64,000 nucleotides of DNA from positions 29,164,540-29,228,539 of the forward strand of contig CM119265.1 in NCBI GenBank assembly GCA_051294375.1, read 5' to 3'. The stretch's first letter is position 1. Every line of letters begins with the position of its first letter. The notes beneath the pieces are model-generated. The model was not told the DNA's origin. It was given only the letters and a program-made list of their open reading frames with translations, and did no database searches. This DNA is from Paraspadella gotoi (lineage: Eukaryota; Animalia; Chaetognatha). Positions 50,911 through 64,000 of this stretch are shown here, in pieces. A program made the translations under genes and the position numbers.

Positions 50911-52320
50911 TTCTCTCTCTCTATTTTCCTATCACGCTCCCACACTTCTTTGTACTTATTCACTTCGTGCTTCAAGGAATAAAAAAAATAATATAGGAAA
51001 AATTGCTTTAATAAAACTTAACATTTTTAAAACAAATTTTATAAATTATTAAAAAGTGAGAAAAAAAACATTCTATCTCATTAAGTCCCGAGAAAAAAAT
51101 AGAACAAAAAATAACAAAAACAATATAAAAAAAAATTAAAATAAAACCAATCAGTTAAGAAGAAAATTAAATGTTTAAAACCGAAGGAAGAGAAGGAAGA
51201 GGAAGAGGAGGAGGAGGAGGAGGAGGAAGAGAACGAACCCATTTAAGGATAAAAGGATATTTTTATTTTTTAATAGAAAAAAAATGGAAAATAGAAAATC
51301 GGATAAGAACGAAAGTAAAGAAAGAAACAAGTTTGAGCAAATAATGTCGGATCTGCCAACGATCATTAGCCGTAAGCAGATGATCATTAATTAGTTAATT
51401 AGTTAGTTAATTAGTTAATTAATTAATTAATTAATTTTAATTTTATAATATTGTAGAATTATTACTAATCAATAATTGTTTTTTGAGAATTTAATGTCCG
51501 TCCAATAACCGTCTAATTAAAAATTAATTAATTAGATGAATATTTGGCATAATTTATCATAATTTGATGTTCGGATATGATCTAAATAATTTACAGACAA
51601 GATTTAAGGTTGAGACTGACGAACCGACAAAGTAGATTATAGAGTCGGAATCTGCTGGAAGCAGATCCGGCTAAAAAATAAGAAAAATGAAAAAAAATAT
51701 GATTAGAGATTTTTTAATTTTTTTTTCTAAAAGACAAAAAGCATTCTTTCAATAAAATGACAGTATTGATTTCGCGTTGACTATATTGATGCCGCATTCA
51801 CATTATAGATTTCTCGTTGAAAGTAACTTTGCCAAATTTTACATTGTCGGTATTAATGTCAATAAAAAAGTAGTAGTCAAAATATTGATCATTTAGGAAA
51901 AACCGAGTACTAAAAAGAGACAGAATATTTGTATAGATTTAACGATTAAACAATTTATAACATTGTGGTTCTTGAGCTTCGAATCAAGCTATAGGTTGGT
52001 TAGGCGCCCCAACTCTCTAGTTCGCCAGTGGGCTAGATCCCCTGACCTTTCGAATTGGCACCAGTGACCGTTTTACGCTGCTACTCCGTTATGTCTATAA
52101 ACAGCTGGCCCCATGGCTGGCTTTTCACTGAAAGGTTCGGGCTGTCGCTTTTATGCTGTCTGATGAAAGCAACTCCAACCTACAAAAAAAATAATTAAAA
52201 AAAAAATTTAATTAATCGAAAAAAAAATCAATTGGAAAATAGGAAAAGATGGAATAAAATGGTTTTCAGAAGCGAGAGACAACTAAGGCCGAGGGACGGT
52301 GGCCACTGGAGGGAAAATGC

Positions 52321-52373
<53 letters not shown>

Positions 52374-52847
52374 AAAATAGTTTCTGAAAGAACACGCGCT
52401 GATTTTTCAAAACAAAAAATTAAAAAAAATATAATGAAACTGATAACTGAGAATGAGAAACTGATGGAACTCCGGCTCTTTTTTCCGAGAGTGCCCAATA
52501 GTTGTTTCTTTATTTCAAAATTAGATTTTAACTTTAATATTTAACCTAAACATATTTTTAAATCTTTAACTTTAATCTTTAACCCTGATCCTTAACACTG
52601 ACCTAATCTTTAACCCTAACCTTTACCCCTTATCCCAAATCGTTAACCCAAAACTTAAACCCTAAAGGATAATCCCAAATCCAAATCCTTAACCCCAATC
52701 ACTAACCAAATCCCTCACGTTAAATATTTAACTAATCGTTAAGCTAATCCCTATTCTTTAACTAAAAAAAAATTAATTCTAATTTAAGATGAAATGAGGG
52801 GGTTCTGAGAAAATAGGCCCAGAATTTCTCCTAAACTTAAAAAAAAA

Positions 52848-53032
52848 ACAGTTATAAGTAAAAAGTGATAATTGAAAAGTGATAAGTGAAAAGTGATAAG
52901 TGAAAAATTCTGGTTGAATTGGCAAAGTACCAAACTGAAAATCTGAAACAAAAAAAAATGTGAAGAAAATCCTGAAGGAAAAAAGTTCGGAAGAAAAAAA
53001 GTAAGGTTCACTTTTAATGATGTTCCTTTTTC
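52848..53032. repeat. Segment inverted-duplicated at 55741-55942
   Basis: GTGATAAGTGAAAA...GGCAAAGTACCAAACTGAAAA...CACTTTTAATGATGTTCC matches in reverse complement. Confidence 0.85.
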
Positions 53033-53034
53033 AC

Positions 53035-54050
53035 TAATCCAATAAAGTGTTAAATTTCAAAATTATTTTTTTGTAAGATTTTTTTGCAGAGTTGGATTCG
53101 TCATGAAAAGTTGATATAAAGAAATATAACTCTTTTTAAAAAATTCTTTCATTAAGTTGATCAAAACATAACATAAACCTATATTTTAAGTTGAAAATTA
53201 AAAATGTATACATTACTTATAGTTTTTTTTAATTTTAACCCACTTAATGCAAAGAATTTTAAAAATGATTTATATTTTCTTTCATCAACTTTTGACAAAT
53301 CTGCAATCAAAGATTGAAAGAAACCTATTTTGAAATTTTTCGATTTTATAAGCATTAGTATCTTTGCTGTTTTTCCTTTCTGTTTCTAGTGATAGTACTA
53401 TATATAAATAAATATAGCCTACTACGAAAATTAAAGAACATAAAATTAATTTTTTTACAAATTAATTTTCACTGATGGTATGTTGTTCATAATTGACATT
53501 GTAGAATTTCCTATTTAACTTTCACTACGCTCTATTGTCCACACCCAAGGCGGCTTATGCGGCACGGCTTCAGCGTTTTCTCAGTAATTAGGTTAAGTTC
53601 ATTGGCGATCCATCCCGGTGCCTAACTCCTCATAAAGCTGAATGGTATTACTCAATGAGACACCGGTGTCATGGTTTGTAGGCGGGTTCAATATATTGCA
53701 ATTCCCGTACACTGAAATACTTTATATCAAGCTTGTTCTCCCCTTTGTCTAGTAATAATTGTTTCCAAAATGGACACTCCGGTCAAAATGGGACCACTCG
53801 GTCAAAAGACGAAAATGTGTTTATAAATAAATAGTAACTAAATATTAAAGATATATACTTCAAGGAACAGCAATGGATGCATGTGTGGAACCTATATAAA
53901 AGTTTTCACTTCACTCGCTACCTCCATTGCTTATTCACCGAACCCAATCCCAAATGGTAACTCATGCACTCAAGACTTCCATCCCTCGATGATAAGCTCA
54001 AGAAATCCAGCGCATCGAAACAAAATGTAGTCAATGCATGAGAGCTCTCT
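53035..54050. repeat. ~1 kb segment inverted-duplicated at ~62070-63080
   Basis: Collinear reverse-complement identity, e.g. CATCGAAACAAAATGTAGTCAAT / ATTGACTACATTTTGTTTCGATG. Confidence 0.92.
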
Positions 54051-54080
54051 CTTTCTCTTTTCCTTTCTCTCCTCTCCTCA

Positions 54081-54132
<52 letters not shown>

Positions 54133-54189
54133 CTCTTCCTCTCTCTCTCTGTCTTCTTGCTCCTGCTCTCTCTCTCTCTTTCTCTCTCT

Positions 54190-54841
54190 CACTCTTTCTT
54201 TCATACAAAATGCGAGTCAATCCTCCATTTTCATCCAGACTTAGAGATTTCACCACTGGCCACAACATGCTGCCAAATCTCTCTCTCTCTTCCCGCTCTC
54301 TCTCTCCTCTCTCTCTCTCTCCTCTCTCTCCTCTCTCTCTCTCTCTCTCCTGCTCTCTCACTCGCTCTCTCTTTCTCTTTCCTGAACGAATCTTTTACGA
54401 ATCGCCTGTAAATCCTGACAGTTTTTTAAAAATCGCTTACAACTCGAGGGTATGGAACGGGCACAGCTGCCATAAGTGAGCCGATCAGTACCAGCCGAAA
54501 TGACATTCACGAGACGGATCCGCATGAAGAAGCAGAGATGAGAGACGAGAGAGAACGATCGAGCAGAGAGAGGGATAAGAAGATGAGAGAGAAGACTCCT
54601 GGAAAGTGGTCTCAAATTTCATTTTTTAGTTTATAGAGATTTTTCCCTCTTTATTTTAATTCAAGTTATTCCTTCTCTTTCCCGACAATTCTCTCTACCA
54701 TGTCTCTGCTCCTGTTCTCTCTCTTCTCTCTCTCTCTCGTCTTCTCTACTCTCCTCTTCTCTCGTCTCTCTCTCTTCTCTCTCTCTCTCTACTCTGCTTG
54801 TTAAANNNNNNNNNNNNNNNNNNNNNNNNNTCACTCACTCA

Positions 54842-54915
<74 letters not shown>

Positions 54916-54976
54916 TTCTTCTCTCCTCCTTCTTCTCCTACTACTCTTCTCTCCTCTCTCTCCTCTCTCCTCTCTC

Positions 54977-55008
<32 letters not shown>

Positions 55009-55479
55009 TCTTTCTTTTCTCTCTCTCTCTTTTCTCTCTCTCTCTCCCTCTCTCTTCTTTCTCTCTTTCTATCTCTCTTTCTCTTTCTCTCTCTCTCTCT
55101 TTCTCTCTCTCTCTGCTCTCTCAGTCTCTCTCTCTCTCTCTGTTCTATCCTCTCTCTCCCTCTTCTCTCAGTCGCTCCACTCTTTCGTTTCTACAAATGG
55201 AGTCAATCCTCTCATTTTCATCCAGACTTAGAGATTTCACACCACTGGCCCCACCTAATCATGCTGCTCAATCCTCCATCCTCATGATACTCTACTCGTC
55301 TCTCTCTCTCTCATCTCTCTCTCTCGTCTCTCTCATCTCTCTCCTTCGTCTCTCTCTCTCTCACTCGCCTCTCTTTCCTTTCCTGAACGAATTCTTTTAC
55401 GAATCGCTGTAAATCTGAGTTTTTTAAAATCGCTTACAACTCGAGGTTGGAACGGGCACAGCTGCATAAGGTGGAGCGA

Positions 55480-55542
<63 letters not shown>

Positions 55543-55742
55543 TCCTGGAAATGGCTCAAATTCCATTTTTTTAGTTTATAGAGATTTTTCCTCTCCTTTT
55601 TTTATTCAATGTTATTCCTTCTCTTTTCCGACATTCTCTTACCATGTCTCTGCTCTGATTTCTCTCTCTTGTCTCTCTCTCTCTCTCTCTTCTCTCTCTG
55701 CGCTCTCTCTCTCTCTCTCTTCTCTCCTCTCTCTCCTGTTAA
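54190..55742 (+). repeat. Direct duplication (~54190-54805 and ~55175-55742) across a 25-N gap
   Basis: TTTTCATCCAGACTTAGAGATTTCAC, AAAATCGCTTACAACTCGAGG and TTTTAGTTTATAGAGATTTTT each occur twice in the same order. Confidence 0.88.
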
Positions 55743-56149
55743 AAAAAAGGAACATCATTAAAAGTGAATCCTTACTTTTCTTTTCCTTCCGAACTTTTTA
55801 TCCTCAATTCAGATCTTTCTTCCACTTTTTTTTTTGGTTTCAGATTTTTCAGTTTGGTACTTTGCCAATTTCAACCAGAATTTTTCACTTATCACTTTTC
55901 ACTTATCACTGTTTCAATTATCACTTTTTACTGGAAACTGTTCTTTTGAATATCACTTAATATCAGTTAGGAAAAATATTCAGAGCTCTATTTCAGGGTT
56001 CCAAATAAATATCATTTTTTCTTTTGTAAAATATCCAATGATTAATTCATTCAGGGTTTCTAAATAACTATCATGTTTTCTTTTTAAATATCAATTGAAT
56101 TGTTCTCTCATTTAATATTGGCCCGTTTTGTCGAATGAAATCCGCGTTT

Positions 56150-59100
56150 TTTGTTAACCTATCATGTCTTTCTACTTAAATATCATGAATTTGCCTCGGT
56201 TTCCTGTTTAAATATCATCCTTTTTTTTTTAAATATCAATGTTCCTCCAAAATCGGATTTCCTTTTAAATATCATTCTTTTTTTTTAAATTATCATGTTC
56301 TCCAAAAAAGTTATCATCCGTGTTTTTGACTTATAAAATATCATCATTTTTTTTAAATATCAAAGTTAATAAAGCGGTTTCCTTTTAAATATCATTTTCC
56401 AAAATAACTATCATCGGTGTTTTACTTTTAACTATCATCACTTTTTAAATATCATCAACTCCTAAATCGGTTTCCTTTTAAATATCATCTTTTTTTTAAA
56501 TATCATTCTCAAATAACTATCATCCGTGTTTTACTTTTAAATATCATCATTTTTATAATATCATCAGAACTAATAAAAATCCGGTTTCCTTTTAAAATCA
56601 TTTCTCCAAATAACTATCATCGGTTTTTACTTTAACTATCAATCCTTTTGTTACAATTATCCATCAACTCCTAAACGGGTTGTCTTTTAAATATCAATCT
56701 TTTGTTTAAATATCATTTTACTTTTAAAGTATTCATCATTTTCTAAAATTTCAGTAAACGCCTAAATCGGTTTCCTTTTAAATATCATTTTTCCAAATAA
56801 CTATCAGCGGTTTTACTTTTAAACTATCATCACTTTTTAAATGATCATGCAACTCTAAATCGGTTTTCCTTTTAAATATCATCTTTTTTGTAAATAACAT
56901 TCTCCGAAATAACTATCATCCGTGTTTTACTTTTTAATATCATCATTTTTTAAATATCATCAACTAAATAAATCGGTGTTCCCGTTTAAATATCATTTCT
57001 CCAAATAACTATCATCCGATGGTTTACTTCTTGAATGATCATCATTTTTTAAATATCAGTAACTCCACTAAATACGGTTTCCTTTTAAATATCATTTTTT
57101 CCAAATAACTATCATCGGTTTTACTTGTTAACTATCATCCTTTTTTTAAATATCATCAACTCCATAAATCGGTTTCCTTTAAATATCATTCTTTTTTTAA
57201 TATCATTTTTACTTTTAGCATATCATCAATTTTCTAAATATCCAGTACGTCCAAATCCGTTTCCTTTTAAAATATCATTTATCTCCAAATAAACTATTCA
57301 TCCGGTTTTACTTTAAATAGCATTATTTTTTAAATATACAGTAACTACTAAATCGGTTTCCTTTAAATATCATTTTTCCAAAATTAACTATCATCGCCGT
57401 TTTTACTGTTTAACTATCATCCTTTTTAAAATATCCATCAACTCCTAAATCGGTTTCCTTGTTAAATATCATCTTTTTTTAAAATATCATTTCTCCAAAT
57501 TAACTATCATCCGTGTTTTTACGTTTTAAAATCATCCTTTTTACCAATATCATTAACCTCCTAAATCGGTTCCTTTTAAAGTATCATTCTCCAAATAACG
57601 ATTATTCCGCTTAATTTACTTTTTAAATATCATCATTTTTTAAATATCAGTAACTACTAAATCGGTTTCCTTTTTAAATATCATTTTTCCAAATAATAAA
57701 ACTATCATCGCGTGTTTTTACTTTTAACTTATCATCCTTTTTAATATCATCAATTCCTAAATCCGGTTCCTTTTAAATATCACCTTTTTTAAATATCATT
57801 TTTACTTTTAAGATATCATCATTTTTAAATATCAGTAACTCCTAAATCGCGTTTCCTTTAAATATCATTTTTCCAAAATAATATTCATCGGTGTTTACGT
57901 TTAACTATCATCACTTTTTAAATATCATCACTCCATAAATCGGTTTCCTTTTAAATATCACTCTTTTTTTATAATATCATTGTCTTACAAATAACTATCA
58001 TCCGTCGTCTTTTACTTTTAAATATCATCATTTTTTAAATATCATTCAAACTAAGTAAATCGGTTTTCTTTTTAAATATCATGTCTCCAAAGTAAAACTT
58101 ATCATCAGTGTTTTACTTTTAACGTATCATCCTTTTTTAAATATCATCAACTCCTAAAATCTGGTTTCCTTTTAAATATCATCTTTTTCCTTAAATATCA
58201 TTCACTACAAATTAACTATCATCCGTGGTTTCTACTTTTAAAATATCATAAGTTTTTTAAATATCAGGTAACTCCTAAATCGGTTTCCTTTAAATATCAT
58301 TTTTCCAAAAAACTAATCATCGTTTTTTACTTTTAAACTATCATCCTTTTTAAATATCATTCAACTCCTTAATCGGTTTCTTTTTTAAATATCATTTTTC
58401 TTTAAATAATCATTTTTACTTTTAATATCATTCATTTTTTAAAGTATCAGTAACTCCTAAATTCGTTCCTTTCTAAAATTATCATCTTTTTTTAAATTCA
58501 TTTTCTACAAATAACTATCATCAATGTTATTACTGTGTTAAATATCATCATTTTTTAAATATCATCAACTAGATAAATCGGTTTCCTTTTAAATATCATT
58601 TCTCCCCAATAACTATCATCCATGGTTACTTTTGAATATCAGTCACTTCTTTTAAATATCCCAGTAACTACTAAATCGGTTTCCTATTTAATATCATTTC
58701 TCCAAGATAACTATCATCGGTGTTTTACTTTTAGAATATCATCATTTTTAAATATCAGTAACTACTAAATCGGTTTTTTCCCTTTTTACAAATATCACTT
58801 TTTCCAAATAACTCATCATCGGTTTTTACCATTTTAAACTATCATCGCTTTTTTAAATATCATCACACCTCCTAAATCGCGTTTTCTTTTAAATATCATC
58901 TTTTTTTAAATATCATTTTTTACTTTTAATTATTCATCATTTTCTAATATCAGTAACTACTTAAAATCGGGTTTCCTTTTAAATATCATTTTTCCAAATT
59001 AACTATCATCGGTTTTTTACTTTTAACATATCATCCTTTTTTAAATATCATGGCAACTCCTAAATCGGTTCTTTTTAAATATCATTTTATCTTAAATATC

Positions 59101-62030
59101 ATTTTACTTTTAATATGCATCAATTTTTTTTATAATATCAGTAACTCCTAAATACGGTTTCCCTTTTAAATATCATCTTTTCCAAATTAACTATCATCGG
59201 TGCTTTTACTTTTTAACTTATCATCACTTTCTAAATATCATCAAACTCTAAATCGGTTTTCCTTTTATGAATCATCATCTTTTAATTTTTAAATATCATT
59301 TCTACAAATACACTATCATCCGTGTTTTACTTTTAAATTATCATCAATTTTTTAAATATCATCAACTAATAAATCGCCGTTTCTTTTAATATCATTTTTC
59401 CAAATAACTATCATCGGTTTTACTTTATAACTATCATTCCTTTTTAAATATCATCAACTCCTAAATCGGTTTCCTTTAAATATCATCTTTTTTAAATATC
59501 ATTTTACTTTTAAATACCCTTCATCATTTTTAATATCAGTAACTCCTAAAATCGCGTTTCCTTGTTAAGATATCATTTTTACAAATAACTATCATCAGTG
59601 TTTTACTTTTAACTATCACACTTTTTAAATATCATCAACTCCTGAAATCGGTTTCCTTTTAAATATCACCTTTTTTTAAATATCATTTCTGCCAATATAA
59701 CTATCATCCGTGTTTTACTTTTAAATATCATCCTTTTTGAGAATATCATACCTCCTAAATCGGTTCCTTTTAAATATCATTTTCTTGCCAAATAACTTAT
59801 CATCCCCGTGTTTTACTTTTTAAATATCATCATTTTTTAGAATATCCAAGTAACTACTAACGGTTTTCTTTTTAAATTATCATTTTTCCAAATAACTTAT
59901 CATCGCGTTTTTTTACTTTTTAACTATATTCTTTTTTAAATATCGATCAACTCCTAAATCGGTTTCCTTTTGAAATATTTCATTCTTTTTTAAATATCAT
60001 TTTACTTTTTAAATATCATCATTTATTTAAAGTATCAGTAACTCCTAAATCGGTTTCCTTTTAAATATCATTTCTCCAAATAACCTATCATCCGTTGTTG
60101 TTACTTTGGAAATATCACATTGTTTTTTAAATATCAGTAACTACTAAATCGGTTTCCTTTTAATTATACATTTTTCCAAATAACTATCTTTCGGTTTTTA
60201 CTTTTAACTATCATCCTTTTTTAGAATATCGATCAACTCCTAAAATCGGTTCTTTAAATACTCATCTTTTTTAAATATCATTTTACTTTTAAAATATCAT
60301 CATTTTGTAAATATCAGTAACTCCTAAATCCTGGGTTTCCTTTTAAAATATCATTTTTTCCAAAATAAACTATCATCGGTGTTTTACTTTGTTAACTATC
60401 ACACTTTTTAAATATCATTCAACTCCTAAATCGGCGGTTTCCTTTTGAAATTATCATCTTTTTTTTAAATATGCATTTCTACAAAATAACTATCATCCGC
60501 TGTTTTTACTTTTTAAATATCATCATTTTAAATATCGAGTAAACTACTAAATCCCGTTTCCTTTTAAATTATCATTTTTCCAAATAACTATCATCGGTTA
60601 TTACTTTTAACTATTCATCCTTTTTTAGAATATCGATCAACTCCTAAATCGGTTCCTTTAAATATCATCTTTTTTTTAAATATCATTTTACTTTAAATAT
60701 CATTCATTTTTTAAATATCGGTAACTCCTAAACGGTTCCTTTTAAATATCATTTTTCCAAATAACTATCATCGGTGTTTTACTTTTTAACTATTCATCAC
60801 TTTTTAAATATGTCATCAACTCTAATCGGTTTCCTTTAAATATCATCTTTTTTTTTAAATGATCATTTCTACAAGTAACTATTCATCCGTGTTGTTACTT
60901 TTTAAATATCACTCATTTTTTAAAATATCATCAACTAAATAAATCGGTTTTCTTTTAAAATATCATTTCCTCCAAAATAACTATTCATCAGTGTATTACT
61001 TTAACTATCATCACCTTTTTAAATATCATCAACTCCTAAATCGGTTTCCTTTTAAATATGCATTCTTTTGTTTAAAATAATTCATTTTACTTTTTTAAAT
61101 ATCATCATTTTCTAAGATATCAGTAACTACTAAATCGGTTTCCTTTTAAATATCCATTTTCCAAATAACTATCATCGGTATTTTTACCCTTTAACATCAC
61201 CATTTTTTAACAATATCATTCAACTGCCTAAATGGCGTATTCCCTCTTTATATCATCTTTTTAAATATCATTTTACTTTTCAAGTATCATTTTCTTACAA
61301 TATCAGCTAAGCTCCTAAATCGGTGTTCTTTTAATATTCATTTCTCAAATAACTATCATCCGTGTTATACTTTGAAATTATCATCACTCTATACCATCAG
61401 GTAAAACTTACGAATCGATTCCTATAATTAATATCATATCTTATCGCAAAAAACTAAGAGTACATCCGTGTTCTTTTACTTTTAACTATACGGATCCTTT
61501 ATAAATATCATTCAACTAAATCGGTTTCCTATTAAAATCATCTTTTGTAAACTATGCGGGCATTTACTTGTAAATATCATCCATTATCACTATACAAGCA
61601 GTAATTAAATCCCGGTTTCCTTTTAGAATATATGTTTCAAAGAATAACGTATCATCAGTGTTTGTACTATTTAACTATCATCACTTTTAAATAAGATCAT
61701 CCAACTCAACTTAAAATCAGGTTTCCTTTACAATTCATACTTTCTCCTAATTAATCATGTCTCCCAGACAAACAATCATAGGCGAATGTTCTACTTTTAA
61801 ATTATCATACCTTGCTTAATCGCATCGATTACCGCGCAATCTGTTTCCTACGATAAATATCATATTCATACCTAAAATAAATCATCCGTGTTCGATTTAC
61901 TTTAAAAATAATCATCCACTTTTGTACAAGATCAGCTTAAGACTACATAATCGAAGTTCTTATATATCATTTCCAATTAAAAATCATCGGTTTTTACTTT
62001 AACTATCATCCTTTTTTAAATTGATCATCA
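56150..62030. repeat. ~5.9 kb AT-rich satellite, ~90-115 bp monomers built from ~20-bp AAATATCAT subunits
   Basis: Recurrent AACTCCTAAATCGGTTTCCTTTTAAATATCATTTTTCCAAATAACTATCATCGGTTTTTACTTTTAACTATCATC with scattered indels; accuracy decays after ~61300. Confidence 0.97.
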
Positions 62031-62415
62031 TACAATTTACTCTCTCTTTAGAGAGAGAGAAAGAAAGAGAGAGAGAGAGCTCTCAATGATTGACTACATT
62101 TTGTTTCGATGCGCTGGATTTCTTGAGCTTATCATCGAGGGATGGAAGTCTTGAGTGGCATGAGTTACCATTTGGGATTGGCGGTTGTGATAAGCAATGG
62201 AGGTAGCGAGTGAAGTGAAAACTTTTATTAAGGTTCCACACATGCATCCATTGCTGTTCTTTGAAGCTATATATTTTAATATTTAGTTACTATTTTATTT
62301 ATAAACACATTTTCGTCTTTTGACCGAGTGGTCCCATTTTGACCGAGTGGTCCCATTTTGGAAACAATTATTACTAGACAAAGGGGAGAACAAAGTTGAT
62401 ATAAAAGTATTTCAG

Positions 62416-62644
62416 TGTAGCCGGGAATTGCAATATATTGAACCCGCCTACAAACATGACACCGGTGTCTCATTGAGTAATACCATCAGCTTATGAGGAT
62501 TAGGCACCGGGATGGATCGCCAATGACACTTAACCTAATAACGAGAAGCTTGAGGCCTGCCATAAGCCGCCTTGGGTGTGGACAATAGAGCGTAGTGAAA
62601 GTTAAATAGGAAAATTCTAAATGTCAATTATGAACAACATACCA
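62416..62644 (+). mobile_element. 229-bp solo-LTR-like insertion with TCAG TSD (mirror 53476-53711 with CTGA TSD)
   Basis: TCAG|TGTAGCCGGG...CATACCA|TCAG; 5' part homologous to 20664-20760. Confidence 0.72.
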
Positions 62645-63579
62645 TCAGTGAAAATTAATTTGTAAAAAAAATTAATTTTATGTTCTTTAATTTTCGTAGT
62701 AGGCTATATTTATATATAGTACTATCACAACGAAACAGAAAGGAAAAAACACAAAGTACTATCCTTATAAAATCGAAAAATTTCAAAATAGGCTTTTCTC
62801 AACTTTGATTGCAGATTTGTCAAAAGTTGATGAAAGAAAATATAAATAATTTTTACAAAATTATTGCATTAAGGGGGTTAAAAATTAAAAAACTATAAGT
62901 AATGTATACATTTTTAATTTTCAACTTAAAATATAGGTTTATTTAATGTTTGATCAACTTAATGAAAGAATTTTTTAAAAAAGAGTTATATTTCTTTATA
63001 TCAAATTTTCATGACGAATCCAAATCTGCAAAAAAATCTTACAAAAAATAATTTTGAAATTTTAACATTTATTGGATTAATATAAACATGGCCTACTGCG
63101 TAAATTGTAAAATTGATTATAATTTTTTTTATACACAAATGTTCATTATTATAATATTGTTCGTTCCTCACTTTTATAATTTTAGCTAAATTCATAATTT
63201 TTACTACGCCTTAGTGGACAACCCCAAAGCCTCGTTCCTTAGCTGCGAGATAGCGAAACAAAACTCGATCTTTTGAGACAAAAAAATTGAAGTAATAAGT
63301 TCAACATTAATCCTTCTTGCATTTGGTGTGTATTTATAGCGAAAGATTATCTCTCTCTCTCTCTCCTCTCCTCTCCTCTCTCTTCTCTTGAATCTTAAAC
63401 AATCAAAATTCACACCATCACATAAGTTCTCCATCTTTATTTTTCCGCTTTAACCCCATCACCTTTCCACTCCATCATCGAGAAGACAGAACTACATCGT
63501 TCCATCCTCTCAAATTTGGCTCTTTGGCCTATGGGCATTTTGATGGGGTGAGAGAGAGAAGAGAGAGAGAAGGGAGAGA

Positions 63580-63613
<34 letters not shown>

Positions 63614-64000
63614 TTTATTATCTTTCGCTAGCGTTTTTATCAAGGGCCATGACCCGCGAAGCGGTTCAGCTTGATATTGATTCGGGTGAGCTTCTTTGTG
63701 AACGTAGTCGTCCGTCGTCGTCGTCGTCGTCGGCGTCAGTCGTCGGCCGTCACGCTGTTTTTAAATAAAATCTACTACGCTTTTATTAGCGTTTGGCCTG
63801 TGACTTCACCGTTTTTTTTTAAATAAAAATTATTTATGAATTATGATAAAGTTTTACAAAAGTGTCATTCATAGTAAGTTAAAATTTAGATATGGCTTCT
63901 CAACTTGGAATAGCTTTGATATTTTCTTATTACATTTGGATTAAGTATTTTTTGGTTTGAATTTTCCACTTCATTATGATTTACTGCAATATGCAAATGA

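Larger units (their letters stand above)
47671..52756 (-). repeat. Right arm of ~5.2 kb inverted duplication
   Basis: See left arm. Spacer 47442-47670 is GA-rich with a short unique core. Confidence 0.95.

Overview
AT-rich, microsatellite-dense eukaryotic (animal-like) genomic DNA from a gapped draft assembly. There are no prokaryotic features such as operons, rRNA or CRISPR. The first ~22 kb is relatively clean. It holds two tandem minus-strand GT31 (beta-1,3-galactosyltransferase-like) paralogues with identical phase-0 intron positions in the catalytic domain. One paralogue has an expanded Ser/Thr-rich octapeptide stem with a probable 1-nt frameshift, and an intron bounded by microsatellites at both splice sites. 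Small mobile-element remnants include at least two minimal hammerhead ribozymes of the Penelope-like type, four ~220-260 bp solo-LTR-like insertions (three with exact 4-bp target-site duplications), a HINE/DINE-like element, and an LTR-like repeat carrying an antisense tRNA-Leu 3' half with CCA. From ~23 kb onward the sequence is dominated by indel-rich segments bounded by exactly 25-N gaps, a ~5 kb-arm inverted duplication, further duplications and a ~6 kb AT-rich satellite. Most of this large-scale symmetry is best explained as long-read gap-filling or foldback artefact. Nearly all ORFs in the supplied track are microsatellite translations.
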